From the NCBI GenBank assembly GCA_943372725.1, contig CALRZT010000001.1, forward strand, positions 1 to 45,146: a stretch of DNA of 45,146 bases, read 5' to 3'. The translations under genes and the position numbers were made by a program. This document shows positions 1 to 9,470 of this stretch, in pieces. Position 1 is the first letter of the stretch; every line of letters starts with the position of its first letter. The notes under the pieces were generated by a model. It was not told where the DNA came from. It did not search any database and worked only from the letters and a program-made list of their open reading frames with translations. The stretch is from Pseudoxanthobacter soli DSM 19599. GTDB lineage: Bacteria; Pseudomonadota; Alphaproteobacteria; Rhizobiales; Segnochrobactraceae.

Positions 1-11
1 GGACCGGTTCG

Positions 12-260
12 ATGTTCAACCTGAGCTTGATCGCCGGACAGAGCCGGGGGTTCACGCTGATGATGCGGCCCGTTGGTTCCTCAGAACCTCGGCGCGGTCC
101 CGACAGGGCCGAAACCGCCGCAGCGGCGGCGACGCGGGACGACCTCGTCGCGGCGCTGCGCTTCCCGCTGTCGCCGAGCTTTATCCTGCAGCGGATACGC
201 CGGCCCCTGCCGAGCGTGCTGCCGCCGGCGGCCGCGCCGCAGCCGCGCGGCTGCGGGTGA
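12..260 (+). CDS. hypothetical protein (possibly the 3' end of a gene entering the window)
   Basis: Frame is open from the window edge to TGA at 258-260; no recognisable motif. Confidence 0.3.
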   Translation: MFNLSLIAGQSRGFTLMMRPVGSSEPRRGPDRAETAAAAATRDDLVAALRFPLSPSFILQRIRRPLPSVLPPAAAPQPRGCG

Positions 261-309
261 GGAGACGGACCGGAACCCCGTTTGGGTCCAAGCCGCCGAA
301 ACGAGCACG

Positions 310-508
310 ACGCGAACCCTCCCCCCTCGCGGGGGAGGGTAGGGAGGGGGGGCGCCGCCACGGGCTCGAGGGTTAAATGGAACGGGGCGGCGCAACGGCT
401 ATCGTCACCTCTCGCGGAGAGGGCGAGTTTTCTAGCCGCGCTCCCGCGCGGCACCCCCCTCCGGCCGGCTGCGCCGGCCACCTCCCCCACGAGGGGGAGG
501 GTTCGCGT
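310..508. repeat. REPIN/MITE-like palindromic intergenic element
   Basis: Terminal inverted repeats 310-340 (acgcgaaccctcccccctcgcgggggagggt) and 480-508 (reverse complement acgcgaaccctccccctcgtgggggaggt); each arm is self-palindromic; internal hairpin ggccggc-tgc-gccggcc at 463-479. Confidence 0.8.
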
Positions 509-566
509 GTAGAGACGGCGACACTCATCTTGACCACCCCGCGGCGCCGGGCGCACATCATCTGTA

Positions 567-1841
567 ATGAGCCAGACCCTCGACCCCGCCGCTCCAGCCC
601 GACGCGCCTTCCTGCTGGTGCTCGATTCCGTCGGCATCGGTGCCGCCGGCGACGCGGCCCGCTGGGGGACGGGTGACGCTGCCTCCGACACGCTCGGGCA
701 CGTCGCGGCGGCGTGCGCGCGGGGCGAGTGCGACGGCCGCGGGGCCTCTGACGGCGGGGGCGGCGCGACCGGGCCGCTTCGACTGCCCAACCTCGACCGT
801 CTCGGTCTCGGTGCGGCGGCCGCCGCCTCGACCGGGTCGGTGCCGGCGGGTCTGCGGGCGATCGTGGCGCCGGATGGGCTGTGGGGCTACGCCGCCGAGG
901 TGTCGCTCGGCAAGGACACGCCCTCCGGCCACTGGGAGATCACCGGTGTGCCGGTGCCGTTCGCGTGGACCTATTTCCCCGAGACGGTGCCGACCTTCCC
1001 GCAGGACCTTATCGCCGCGCTGGTGGCGGAGGCGGGGCTGCCCGGCATCCTCGGCGACTGCCATGCCTCCGGCACCGAGATCATCGAGCGCCTCGGCGCC
1101 GAGCACGTCCGGACGGGCCGGCCGATCTGCTACACCTCGGCCGATTCGGTGTTCCAGATCGCCGCCCACGAGGTGCACTTCGGCCTCGAGCGCCTCTACC
1201 GGGTCTGCGAGATCGCCCGCCGGCTGGTCGATCCGCTCGGCATCGGCCGCGTCATCGCCCGGCCCTTCGTGGGCGACGCCGCGACCGGCTTCACCCGCAC
1301 GGCGAACCGCCGCGACTACGCCGTGCCGCCGCCCGAGCCGACGCTGCTCGACCGCGCCGAGGCGGATGGGCGGGCCGTCATCGCCATCGGCAAGATCGGC
1401 GACATCTTCGCCCACCGCGGCATGACAGAGACGGTGAAGGCCGCCGGCAATGACGCGCTGTTCGACGCGACGCTTTCGGCCGTCGCCCGCGCCCCCGCCG
1501 GCGCGCTGGTGATGACGAACTTCGTCGACTTCGACACGCTGTTCGGTCACCGCCGCGACCCGGCCGGCTATGCCGCGGCGCTCGAGCATTTCGACCGCCG
1601 GCTGCCGGACCTCATCGCGGCGCTGCGGCCGGGCGATCTCGTCGTGCTGACGGCCGACCACGGCTGCGACCCGACGGCGGCGGGCTCAGACCACACCCGC
1701 GAGCACGTGCCGATCCTCGCCTTCGGGCCCGGCATCGCCAGCGGCACGGTCGGGCGGCGGGCGACGTTCGCCGACATCGGCGAGAGCGTCGCCGCCTGGC
1801 TCGGCCTCGCGCCGGGGCGGCACGGCACGTCCTTTCTCTGA
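567..1841 (+). CDS. deoB: phosphopentomutase
   Basis: Motifs [65 protein letters not shown]. Confidence 0.95.
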   Translation: MSQTLDPAAPARRAFLLVLDSVGIGAAGDAARWGTGDAASDTLGHVAAACARGECDGRGASDGGGGATGPLRLPNLDRLGLGAAAAASTGSVPAGLRAIVAPDGLWGYAAEVSLGKDTPSGHWEITGVPVPFAWTYFPETVPTFPQDLIAALVAEAGLPGILGDCHASGTEIIERLGAEHVRTGRPICYTSADSVFQIAAHEVHFGLERLYRVCEIARRLVDPLGIGRVIARPFVGDAATGFTRTANRRDYAVPPPEPTLLDRAEADGRAVIAIGKIGDIFAHRGMTETVKAAGNDALFDATLSAVARAPAGALVMTNFVDFDTLFGHRRDPAGYAAALEHFDRRLPDLIAALRPGDLVVLTADHGCDPTAAGSDHTREHVPILAFGPGIASGTVGRRATFADIGESVAAWLGLAPGRHGTSFL

Positions 1842-2121
1842 CGGGCTCGGCCGACGCGGCCCGCTCTGGCAGCCCTGCCGTTCATCGGTCGCCGCGGCGT
1901 CACCAAGGTCGTCTGCCGATCGGTCAGCCCTTCAGGCGAAATCGCTCCGCATCATCACGAGACATCACGACTTCGCGACCTCTTCGCGTGTCTTGGTGAT
2001 GCAGATGTGATCCCGACGACTCGATGGTGTCATCGTTTCCTGCTACTCTGTGCGCGTTGTTGATCCGGATATTTCATCCGCAAAAGCTTTCTGACACGAC
2101 CTCTATTGAGGCGAACATATC

Positions 2122-2406
2122 ATGGAAATATTCAATTCGATGATGGGCATCGTCGGTGCCCTTTGCTGCGTCGCCATGTACGCGGCGGTCAGCATTGGCC
2201 GCATCGCGGCCTCCGAGCCGGTGTTCTACGTCGTCAACGGTGTCGGCGCGTTGCTGGTGATGGCAAGCGCTGCCCAGGAGTTCGACGCTGGCGACCTCGG
2301 CACCATCGCGCAGGAACTGATCTGGGCGTTGGTCAGCGGGATCGGGGCGACCCGGGCCTGGCTGGTCTCGCGCAGGCGCGTCCCAGCCGCACCCGCCGAG
2401 GGGTAA
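2122..2406 (+). CDS. small membrane protein, CBU_0592-like family
   Basis: 94 aa with three hydrophobic segments; pattern G..GA..Y / Y...NGVGALL..S / QELIWAL.S.IG; GAGG RBS upstream. Confidence 0.6.
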   Translation: MEIFNSMMGIVGALCCVAMYAAVSIGRIAASEPVFYVVNGVGALLVMASAAQEFDAGDLGTIAQELIWALVSGIGATRAWLVSRRRVPAAPAEG

Positions 2407-2566
2407 GCGACGGCGGGTTCAGGGGGCGACGTCGGTCCAGGAGGCCCCGGATCCGCAGAGCGCGCGTCCGGCCGCGCGGAGCGTCGCCGGTCGGGACCGG
2501 CCCGGGCTCAGCCCTGCGGCACGGCAGCGGCTGTCACGCCCCGCCACGGACGATGCGCTTCTCGCC

Positions 2567-3241
2567 TCAGACGGCGCGCTTCTCGAAGCGCAGCAGCGTG
2601 TAGAGGTCGAGGGGCGGCACCGGACAGCGCTCGACCAGCGTCAGTTCGGGCCGGTTCAGCACACGGTCGACGGGCATGCCGGCGTCCCAGCCGAGCTTGG
2701 TGGTGAACGGCTCGGCGATGTGCTCGACGATCTTCCAGCCGCCGCGCTCGGAGCGGAAGTGGCTGACGATGATGATGGTACCGCCGGGGCGGACGACGCG
2801 CGACATCTCGGCGAGCGCCGCGTCCGGGTCGGGGACCGCGGTGATCACGTACATTGCCACCGCGACGTCGAAGCTCGCGTCGGCGAAGGCGAGACGGCCC
2901 GCGTCCATCACCGCGACCCCGGCGACGCGGGCCTTCAGGCGCTCGCGCTCGACGCGCTCGGCGGTCTTGACTAGCATCTCCGGCGAGATGTCGATGCCGG
3001 TGACCTCGACGGACGGTCCATAGCAGGGCAGCGCCATGCCGGTGCCGACGCCGACCTCCAGCACCCGGCCACCGATGGCGTTGACGCGGGCGACCGCCAT
3101 GTCGCGGCCCCACAGCGTCGGTCCCCAAAACACCGCGTCGTAGATCGGCGCCCAGCGGCTGTAGGCCGAGCGGACCATCGAGACCGTCAGGCCCTCTCCC
3201 CGCCGGCGGCCGACCACCGCTTCAGAGCTCTTGTCGGACAT
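2567..3241 (-). CDS. pmtA: class I SAM-dependent methyltransferase, probable phosphatidylethanolamine N-methyltransferase (PmtA-type)
   Basis: AYSRWAPIYDAVF, VLEVGVGTG SAM motif, MYVITAVPDP; directly downstream of mnmA. Confidence 0.75.
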   Translation of the reverse strand: MSDKSSEAVVGRRRGEGLTVSMVRSAYSRWAPIYDAVFWGPTLWGRDMAVARVNAIGGRVLEVGVGTGMALPCYGPSVEVTGIDISPEMLVKTAERVERERLKARVAGVAVMDAGRLAFADASFDVAVAMYVITAVPDPDAALAEMSRVVRPGGTIIIVSHFRSERGGWKIVEHIAEPFTTKLGWDAGMPVDRVLNRPELTLVERCPVPPLDLYTLLRFEKRAV

Positions 3242-3274
3242 CCGGTTCCTCGCACGGGAGGGGCTGGCGGGCCG

Positions 3275-4459
3275 TCAGGCGACGGCGGCGGGACGGCGAT
3301 CGCTGGCGGCGCCGCCGAGGGCGCGCAGACCGGAGGCGGCATCGATGAAGCCACCGCCGAGAACCCGCGCCCGCGGCTCGCCACTGTCGTAAAGCACGCA
3401 GGCCTGTCCGGGCGCAACGCCCGTCTCGCCGGCCGGCAGTTCGACGGCGACGCCGTCGCGGCCGACGCGCAGCGTCGCCGGGGCCGGCGCACGGGTCGAG
3501 CGGACGCGGGCGTAGACCTCGAGGCCGTCGAGGCGGGCGTCGAGCGGGCCGTCACCGAGCCAGTTCGGCTCGCGCAGAGCGAGACGGTGGACGGTCAGCG
3601 CCTCGCGCGGGCCGACGACGACGCGGCGCGACGCCGGGTCCAGCCTCACGACGTACAGCGGCTCGCCCAAGCCCCCGATGGCGAGGCCGCGGCGCTGGCC
3701 GATGGTGTAGTGGACGATGCCCTCGTGGCGGCCGAGCACGCGGCCGTCGACGTGGACGATGTCGCCGCTCTCGACCGCGCCCGGGCGCAGGCGCTCGATG
3801 ACGTCGGCGTAGCGGCCGGTCGGCACGAAGCAGATGTCCTGGCTGTCGGCCTTGTCGGCGACCGGCAGGCCGAAGCGGTGGGCGAGCGCCCGCGTCTCGG
3901 CCTTGCTCATGGCGCCGAGCGGGAAGCGCGCGAAGGCGAGCTGCTCGGCCGTTGTGGCGAACAGGAAGTAGCTCTGGTCGCGCTCGGCATCGACCGGACG
4001 GAACATCTGCCAGCGGCCGCCGACGCGGCGGGTCTCGATATAGTGGCCGGTGGCGAGAGCGGCGGCCCCAAGCTCGCGGGCAGTCGCCATCAGGTCGGAG
4101 AACTTGACCGTCTGGTTGCAGGCGATGCAGGGCACCGGCGTTTCGCCGGAGAGGTAGCTGTCGGCGAAGCTCTCGATGACGGCGGTGCGGAAGCGGTCCT
4201 CGAAGTCGAGGACGTAGTGGGGAATGCCGAGATGCTCGGCGACGCGGCGGGCATCGTGGATGTCGCGGCCGGCGCAGCAGGCACCGGAGCGGTGCGTCGC
4301 CTCGCCGTGGTCGTAGAGCTGCAGCGTCACGCCGACGACGTCGTAGCCGGCCTCGGCGAGAAGCGCCGCGACGACGGAGGAATCGACGCCCCCCGACATC
4401 GCGACCACGATGCGGGTGTCGGCGGGTGAGGCGTTCGGGGCGAAGCCGTCGAGGTTCAT
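3275..4459 (-). CDS. mnmA: tRNA-specific 2-thiouridylase
   Basis: [11 protein letters not shown]-loop, [41 protein letters not shown]; start placed at ATG 4459 with AGGA RBS. Confidence 0.97.
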   Translation of the reverse strand: MNLDGFAPNASPADTRIVVAMSGGVDSSVVAALLAEAGYDVVGVTLQLYDHGEATHRSGACCAGRDIHDARRVAEHLGIPHYVLDFEDRFRTAVIESFADSYLSGETPVPCIACNQTVKFSDLMATARELGAAALATGHYIETRRVGGRWQMFRPVDAERDQSYFLFATTAEQLAFARFPLGAMSKAETRALAHRFGLPVADKADSQDICFVPTGRYADVIERLRPGAVESGDIVHVDGRVLGRHEGIVHYTIGQRRGLAIGGLGEPLYVVRLDPASRRVVVGPREALTVHRLALREPNWLGDGPLDARLDGLEVYARVRSTRAPAPATLRVGRDGVAVELPAGETGVAPGQACVLYDSGEPRARVLGGGFIDAASGLRALGGAASDRRPAAVA

Positions 4460-4550
4460 CGTCCTGTCGCGTTCTGGGGCGCCACCCGCCGGCGCACGGG
4501 CAGTCGGTTCGGCGCAGTCGGCAGATGGGGTCCGCGGACCGGGTGGGCAA

Positions 4551-4588
4551 GTCGGGGTCGGCAGGCGACGTCGGGGTCGGCAGGCGGC
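4551..4588. repeat. 19-bp tandem direct repeat (gtcggggtcggcaggcg[a/g]c, two copies) with degenerate copies upstream
   Basis: Read directly at 4551-4569 and 4570-4588; related gtcgg/ggcag units from about 4500. Confidence 0.7.
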
Positions 4589-4644
4589 ACCGGTCGCGCG
4601 GCGCACCGCCGGGCAGGCTCCGCGTGGCCGTGCATTGCGGCGGC

Positions 4645-4674
4645 ACTATAGCGAACCCGGCGGGCGGCGTCCAA
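4645..4674 (-). promoter_or_regulatory. putative sigma70 promoter for mnmA
   Basis: Minus strand TTGGAC-N18-TATAGT. Confidence 0.5.
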
Positions 4675-4772
4675 GTTCCCGCCGCGGGCGCCCCCGGCCG
4701 GTCGAGGGTCCGTTGCCGCGCCGCCACGGCTGGTGTTGCCGTACTGCAACGCAGGGCGGACAGTCGTCGAAA

Positions 4773-4821
4773 GTAACCGTGTGTTAACCAAATCACCCCG
4801 GCGCGTTTAGCTCATTGTTAA
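4773..4821 (+). promoter_or_regulatory. two CtrA-binding boxes upstream of sciP
   Basis: GTAA-ccgtgtg-TTAAC (4773-4788) and TTAG-ctcattg-TTAA (4807-4821), each one mismatch from TTAA-N7-TTAA; sciP is a known CtrA target. Confidence 0.8.
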
Positions 4822-4875
4822 AGCCCGCAGACCTAGTGTCGACGCCGTGAAGACGCGGTGTTGTGTGAGCGTAGA

Positions 4876-5154
4876 ATGACCGAGCAGGTCCGACCCAGAG
4901 TGCGCTATGTCATCGGCCCTGACGGGAGCCCGCTGACGATTGCCGATCTGCCGCCGAGCAACGCGCAGCGCTGGGTGATCCGGCGCAAGGCGGAAGTGGT
5001 GGCGGCGGTGCGCGGGGGGCTCCTGTCGCTGGAAGAAGCCTGCAGCCGCTACACCCTGACTGTCGACGAATTCCTCTCCTGGCAGGCGCTGATCGACAAG
5101 CACGGCCTCGCCGGCCTGCGCGCCACCCGCGTCCAGGAATACCGCGAGCAGTAG
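4876..5154 (+). CDS. sciP: CtrA inhibitor SciP (DUF1153)
   Basis: YVIGPDGSPLTIADLPP...RWVIRRKAEVVAAVRGGLLSLEEAC.RY.LT.DEF..WQ..ID.HGL.GLR.TR.Q.YR. Confidence 0.95.
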   Translation: MTEQVRPRVRYVIGPDGSPLTIADLPPSNAQRWVIRRKAEVVAAVRGGLLSLEEACSRYTLTVDEFLSWQALIDKHGLAGLRATRVQEYREQ

Positions 5155-5275
5155 TCCGCCCCGCCGGCCGGCGACACGCCGGAGCGGGTGGCGCGTTCGG
5201 CGGTGACGCGGCGACGCCGGTCTGCTATGGCCGCGCCGTCCGGGCCCTCCACGCCCGTCAAGCACGAAGGTCGCC

Positions 5276-5911
5276 ATGCCAGAGCCCGGTCCGGTGCCGC
5301 CCGGAACGCCGACAGTCGCCGTTCCGCTCGACGGCATCGTCACGCTGCCGGACGGCGTGCTACCCGCCATCGTGACGTTCATGGAGATGCGCGCGCCGCC
5401 GCCGGCGGAGCCGGTCGCCGCGGCCCCGGCGACGCAGCGCCTGCGCCCGCACGAGGCCGAGCGTTTCCGCCGCCTGTTCCGGGCCGTCGGCGAGAAATGG
5501 CTGTGGGTCTCGCGGCTGCGGCACTCCGACGAGACGATCGCCGCGCGCATCGGCGACCCCGGCATCGCCACCCTCGCGGTGGTCGATGACGGGCGCGACA
5601 TCGGCCTCGTGGAGCTGGACCTGCGACGGCCGGGCGAAATGGAAATCGTGTTGTTCGGCCTCGTCCCCGAGGCCGTCGGTCGCGGGCTCGGACGAGGGCT
5701 GATGGCGGACATTCTGGCGCGCGCCTGGCGGCGCGAGGGCCTGCGCCGCGTCTGGCTGCACACCTGCACGCTCGACCATCCGGCGGCGGTGCGGTTCTAC
5801 AGTTCGTTCGGCTTCGTCGCCTACCGGCGGGCGGTGGAGATCGTTCCGGACCCGCGCCTCGACGGCTCGCTCGATGCCGCCGTGTCGCCGGACTGGCCGC
5901 CGGTCGGCTGA
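5276..5911 (+). CDS. GNAT family N-acetyltransferase
   Basis: FGLVPEAVGRGLGRGLM acetyl-CoA motif, RVWLHTCTLDHPAAVRFY..FGF. Confidence 0.9.
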   Translation: MPEPGPVPPGTPTVAVPLDGIVTLPDGVLPAIVTFMEMRAPPPAEPVAAAPATQRLRPHEAERFRRLFRAVGEKWLWVSRLRHSDETIAARIGDPGIATLAVVDDGRDIGLVELDLRRPGEMEIVLFGLVPEAVGRGLGRGLMADILARAWRREGLRRVWLHTCTLDHPAAVRFYSSFGFVAYRRAVEIVPDPRLDGSLDAAVSPDWPPVG

Positions 5912-6843
5912 GCGACCGCGCGCGGGATCGGCGCCTCGCCGCCGTGCAGGTCGACGATCGAGACGGTCTCGACCGTCATCGAGCGGTCGGCGACGCCGCG
6001 CTCTTCGAGACGGCAGGTCCAGGCGCCGGGCTCGCCACCGATCGTGAAGTGGTTGTAGCGGGCGGCCGGATTGCGGCCGTGCGGCATTGCCGAAGCCGAT
6101 GGCACGCCCACCACCGGCACGAGGCCGTCGCGGCCGTTCAGCCAGGCGATGCTCGGCTTGTGGGTGTGGCCGTGCAGGACGAGTTCGGCACCGCCCTCGT
6201 CGATCGCGGTCCGAAAGCGCGAGGCGCCGATCATCCGCTTGTGCCAGGCAGTCGCCTTGTGGTTCGGCGGATGGTGGATGAGAACGACGCGGAACAGCCC
6301 CCTGTGGCCCGCCGCCTGCAGCATCTCGGTGAGCAGCAACTGCTGGTGGGCGTCGAAGTGGCCGGTGGCGAGGAAGGGCGCCGTGGCGCGGGCGCTCGAG
6401 GCGCCGATGATCGCGACGTTGTCGCGCCGGCGGATGTAGGGGAAATGCGGCCGGCCGGGCGAGTGGTGGTCACCCGGATCGCCCGACAGGTGCGCCGCCC
6501 AGATGCGGCGGGCGCGCCCGAGGGCGCCCGGCACATAGGCGTCATGGTTGCCGGGGACGACCGACACCTCGGACGGCGGCCCGAGGGTGCCGAGCCACTT
6601 CGCCGCCGGCCCCATCTCGCCGGCGAGCGACAGGTTGACGAGGTCGCCGGTGACGACGATGTGGTTCGGGTCGCGGGCGTGGATGTCGTTGACGAGGGCG
6701 TCGAGCGCCGAGTTCGCCAGCTTCACCGCGCGGTTGCGGTGCCAGTTGACGTAGCCGACGACGCGCTTGGAGGCGAGTTCGAGGAACTGCGGATCGGGAA
6801 GGGGGCCGAGGTGCGGGTCGGACAGATGAGCGAGGGTGAACAT
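5821..6843 (-). CDS. metallophosphoesterase (Icc/CpdA-like, possible cyclic-nucleotide phosphodiesterase)
   Basis: AHLSDPH, VTGDLVN, PGNHD, IHHPP, LHGHTH motifs. Confidence 0.85.
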   Translation of the reverse strand: MFTLAHLSDPHLGPLPDPQFLELASKRVVGYVNWHRNRAVKLANSALDALVNDIHARDPNHIVVTGDLVNLSLAGEMGPAAKWLGTLGPPSEVSVVPGNHDAYVPGALGRARRIWAAHLSGDPGDHHSPGRPHFPYIRRRDNVAIIGASSARATAPFLATGHFDAHQQLLLTEMLQAAGHRGLFRVVLIHHPPNHKATAWHKRMIGASRFRTAIDEGGAELVLHGHTHKPSIAWLNGRDGLVPVVGVPSASAMPHGRNPAARYNHFTIGGEPGAWTCRLEERGVADRSMTVETVSIVDLHGGEAPIPRAVAQPTGGQSGDTAASSEPSRRGSGTISTARR

Positions 6844-7153
6844 CGCGCCCGCGGCCGTCGGCTCAGCGGCTGCGGAAGGTGGCGAGCGCCATGGCGACGC
6901 GACCGTGCGAGAAGTCGACGGCCGGCGACCAGACGAAGCGCCACCGGCGGGGCGAGAACAGGGACAGCATGAGACGGGAACTCTCGATCGACAAAAGGGT
7001 TCGGCCGGAGCACGCAGGGAGGGCGCACGACGACGGCACAGTCCCCGACCGTATAGCCGGCCGCGGCGACCGCTGCCAAGCGCGGCTTTCGCGGTGCGGC
7101 AGTTTCACCGACCCGACGCGACTTGCCCGTGGACGACCTGCGGGGCCGGGCCG

Positions 7154-7627
7154 ATGAGCCGCCTGATGCGCGCGGCGGCGCCGCCGGTGCGCCGCAGCCT
7201 GCGGATGTGGACGCGGCTGACGCGCTCGGTGACCCTCGGCGTGCGGGCAATGGTGCTCTCCGACGATGGCCGCGTCTTCCTCGTCCGGCATGGCTACGTC
7301 GACGGCTGGCACCTGCCCGGCGGCGCCGTCGATTCCGGCGAGACGGCCGTGGCGGCGGCGGTGCGCGAACTCGCCGAGGAGGGCAACATCGCAGCCACGG
7401 GTGACCCCGAACTCGCCGGGCTGTACCTCAACGCCGGGCTCGGCCGCGATCATGTCGCGCTCTATGTGGTGCGCCGCTTCGTCGTGCGCGGGCCGCCGCG
7501 GATCGGCCGCGAGATCGCCGCCGCCGGTTTCTTCGCCGCCGACGCGCCGCCGGCCGAGACGACGCCGGCAACGCTGCGGCGGCTCGCCGAGGTGGTCGAG
7601 GGCGTGCCGCCGGCGGCGACGTGGTGA
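7154..7627 (+). CDS. NUDIX hydrolase
   Basis: Nudix box GGAVDSGETAVAAAVRELAEEG; start chosen at ATG 7154. Confidence 0.9.
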   Translation: MSRLMRAAAPPVRRSLRMWTRLTRSVTLGVRAMVLSDDGRVFLVRHGYVDGWHLPGGAVDSGETAVAAAVRELAEEGNIAATGDPELAGLYLNAGLGRDHVALYVVRRFVVRGPPRIGREIAAAGFFAADAPPAETTPATLRRLAEVVEGVPPAATW

Positions 7628-7640
7628 GGGCCAGCCGCCC

Positions 7641-9167
7641 TCAGTTCTGCAGCCGCACGCGCCCTTCGACCGTCGGCGACACCGTGCCGGCGGCCGCGAC
7701 GGCGTCGATGACGACGGTCGCGAGCAACTTGCCGTCGCGCGGGCCGACGACGTAGTCGCCGCGGCGCAGCGCCACGTAGTCGTCACCGCCACGGGCCATG
7801 AAGTCGTTGGTGGCGACGGTGTAGATCTTGCCCGGATCGAGCGCCGCGCCGCCCACCTCGACCTCGACGATGCGGCTGCCGGCGGGCTTCGAGACGTCGG
7901 CGACGACCGTCAGGCCGGAGACGTGCGGAAAGCGGCCTGCGCCCTCCTCGACGGCGCTGACGCCGTTCTCGAGCGCCGCCTTCAGGTCGGCGCCGGAGAG
8001 CTTCACCACGACGACGACGTTGCCGAAGGGGAGTTCGGAGAGCACGTCGCGGCGCGTCAGCGTCGAGCCGGCGGCATAGAGCTTGTTCGCGCGGATGCCG
8101 CCGCCGTTCATCAGGGCGACGTCGGCGCCGGTGGAGGCGCGCATGGCGTCGGCGATCAGGTTGCCGATCGCCGCCTCGCCGCCGCGCACGGCCGCGCGCC
8201 GGCTGTCGAGCTCGGTGCCGTTCTTGCCGATCCCGACGTCGAGCTCGGCCGACAGCGTCTTCTCGAGCTCGGCGATCTTGGCAGCCATCGCCGGATCGGG
8301 CGTCACTTTGGCGGTGTCGATGATGCGGAAGGCCGGTGTCCAAGTGACCTTGCGCTTGCCGTCGACGGTCTCGGCGGTGACGTCGAGGGTGACGACCGGC
8401 AGGTACTCCGCCTGCTCGCGCGCCTCGGCGAGGATGGCGCGGCCGTCGTAGTTGACGAGCAGGTCGTGGGTGTCGCCGGAGAGCACCAGGTCGATCGCCC
8501 CGGCGTGCATTATCGCGAGATCCTGGCTGCGCATGGCGTGGGCGACGGCGACGACGATGTCGGCGCCATCGGCGCGGAGCGCCTTCGCCTGCGACAGAGC
8601 GGTGTCGACGGTGCCGGCGATCTTCAGGTCGCCCGGGCTCGAGACGGCGTAGGAGTGGTCGCCGGCGACACCGACGACGCCGACCTTGATGCCGTCGAAC
8701 TCCAGCATGGTGGTGTCGGCGAAGCCGGTGACCGGGCTGCCGTCGGGCATCCGGAGGTTCGCCGCGAGCTTGCGGCCGGCCTGGAGCTCGCCCATCCGCG
8801 CCAAGAACACGTCCTTGCCGAAGTCGAACTCGTGGTTGCCGGGCACGAACACGTCGAATTTCAGCATGTTGGTGAGGGCGATGATGTGGGCGCCCTGGTC
8901 GAAGCCCGAGAGCAGCGACGGCGAGATCGTGTCGCCGGCGTGGACGACGACGAGGTTGCCGCCCGCCGCGCGCTCCGCCGCGATGGCGCCTGCGAGACGG
9001 GCGAAGCCGCCGCGGCCCTCGTCGGCTTCGGCGCGGTCGATGTCGCTCGCGACGAGGAAGGTGATCTCGGCGGCACGGGCGGGGATAGCGGCGCCGAGGA
9101 GGGCGGCCGAAAACAGCGCGGCGACGGCGAGGCCGCGGCGGACGGGCTTCGACAGAACGGCGAGCAT
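7641..9167 (-). CDS. exported bifunctional metallophosphatase/5'-nucleotidase (UshA family)
   Basis: Signal peptide ending PARA; HAGDT, PGNHEFDFG, MNGGGIR, LPFGN, GRFPHVSG, NDFMARGGDDY. Confidence 0.9.
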   Translation of the reverse strand: MLAVLSKPVRRGLAVAALFSAALLGAAIPARAAEITFLVASDIDRAEADEGRGGFARLAGAIAAERAAGGNLVVVHAGDTISPSLLSGFDQGAHIIALTNMLKFDVFVPGNHEFDFGKDVFLARMGELQAGRKLAANLRMPDGSPVTGFADTTMLEFDGIKVGVVGVAGDHSYAVSSPGDLKIAGTVDTALSQAKALRADGADIVVAVAHAMRSQDLAIMHAGAIDLVLSGDTHDLLVNYDGRAILAEAREQAEYLPVVTLDVTAETVDGKRKVTWTPAFRIIDTAKVTPDPAMAAKIAELEKTLSAELDVGIGKNGTELDSRRAAVRGGEAAIGNLIADAMRASTGADVALMNGGGIRANKLYAAGSTLTRRDVLSELPFGNVVVVVKLSGADLKAALENGVSAVEEGAGRFPHVSGLTVVADVSKPAGSRIVEVEVGGAALDPGKIYTVATNDFMARGGDDYVALRRGDYVVGPRDGKLLATVVIDAVAAAGTVSPTVEGRVRLQN

Positions 9168-9470
9168 GACGATCTCCTCGAAGGGGCGGGATCGGTCGAC
9201 AGTGTCGCAATCCAACATGACGTTGGCGAGAGGGCGCGTGCGCCCGCCGCGGGCGGCGCCGCCCGACGGCGACCTTTCCGCGCAAGCATCGGGCGCTAGG
9301 TTCCGCCGTGTTGACGGGCTATGTCAGTCCAAACGGCCGCGCACCGGCCCCGTTGCCACCTCCTGACAGTCGCGAGACCGCTCTTGAGCACCGTCGAAGC
9401 CGCCGTGGCCGCCCCCCGGCCCGATCACCGCCCGTCCGCGAAACCCGCACCGGACGGCCATCACGCCCCG

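Noticed and set aside
1990-2075. TGTGA and TTGAT half-sites considered as Crp/Fnr boxes
   Set aside because: The second half-sites do not match (TGTGA-N6-CGACT; TTGAT-N4-ATATT).
4500-4590. Short repeats considered as a CRISPR array
   Set aside because: Only two near-identical adjacent 19-bp units, no spacers and no cas genes.
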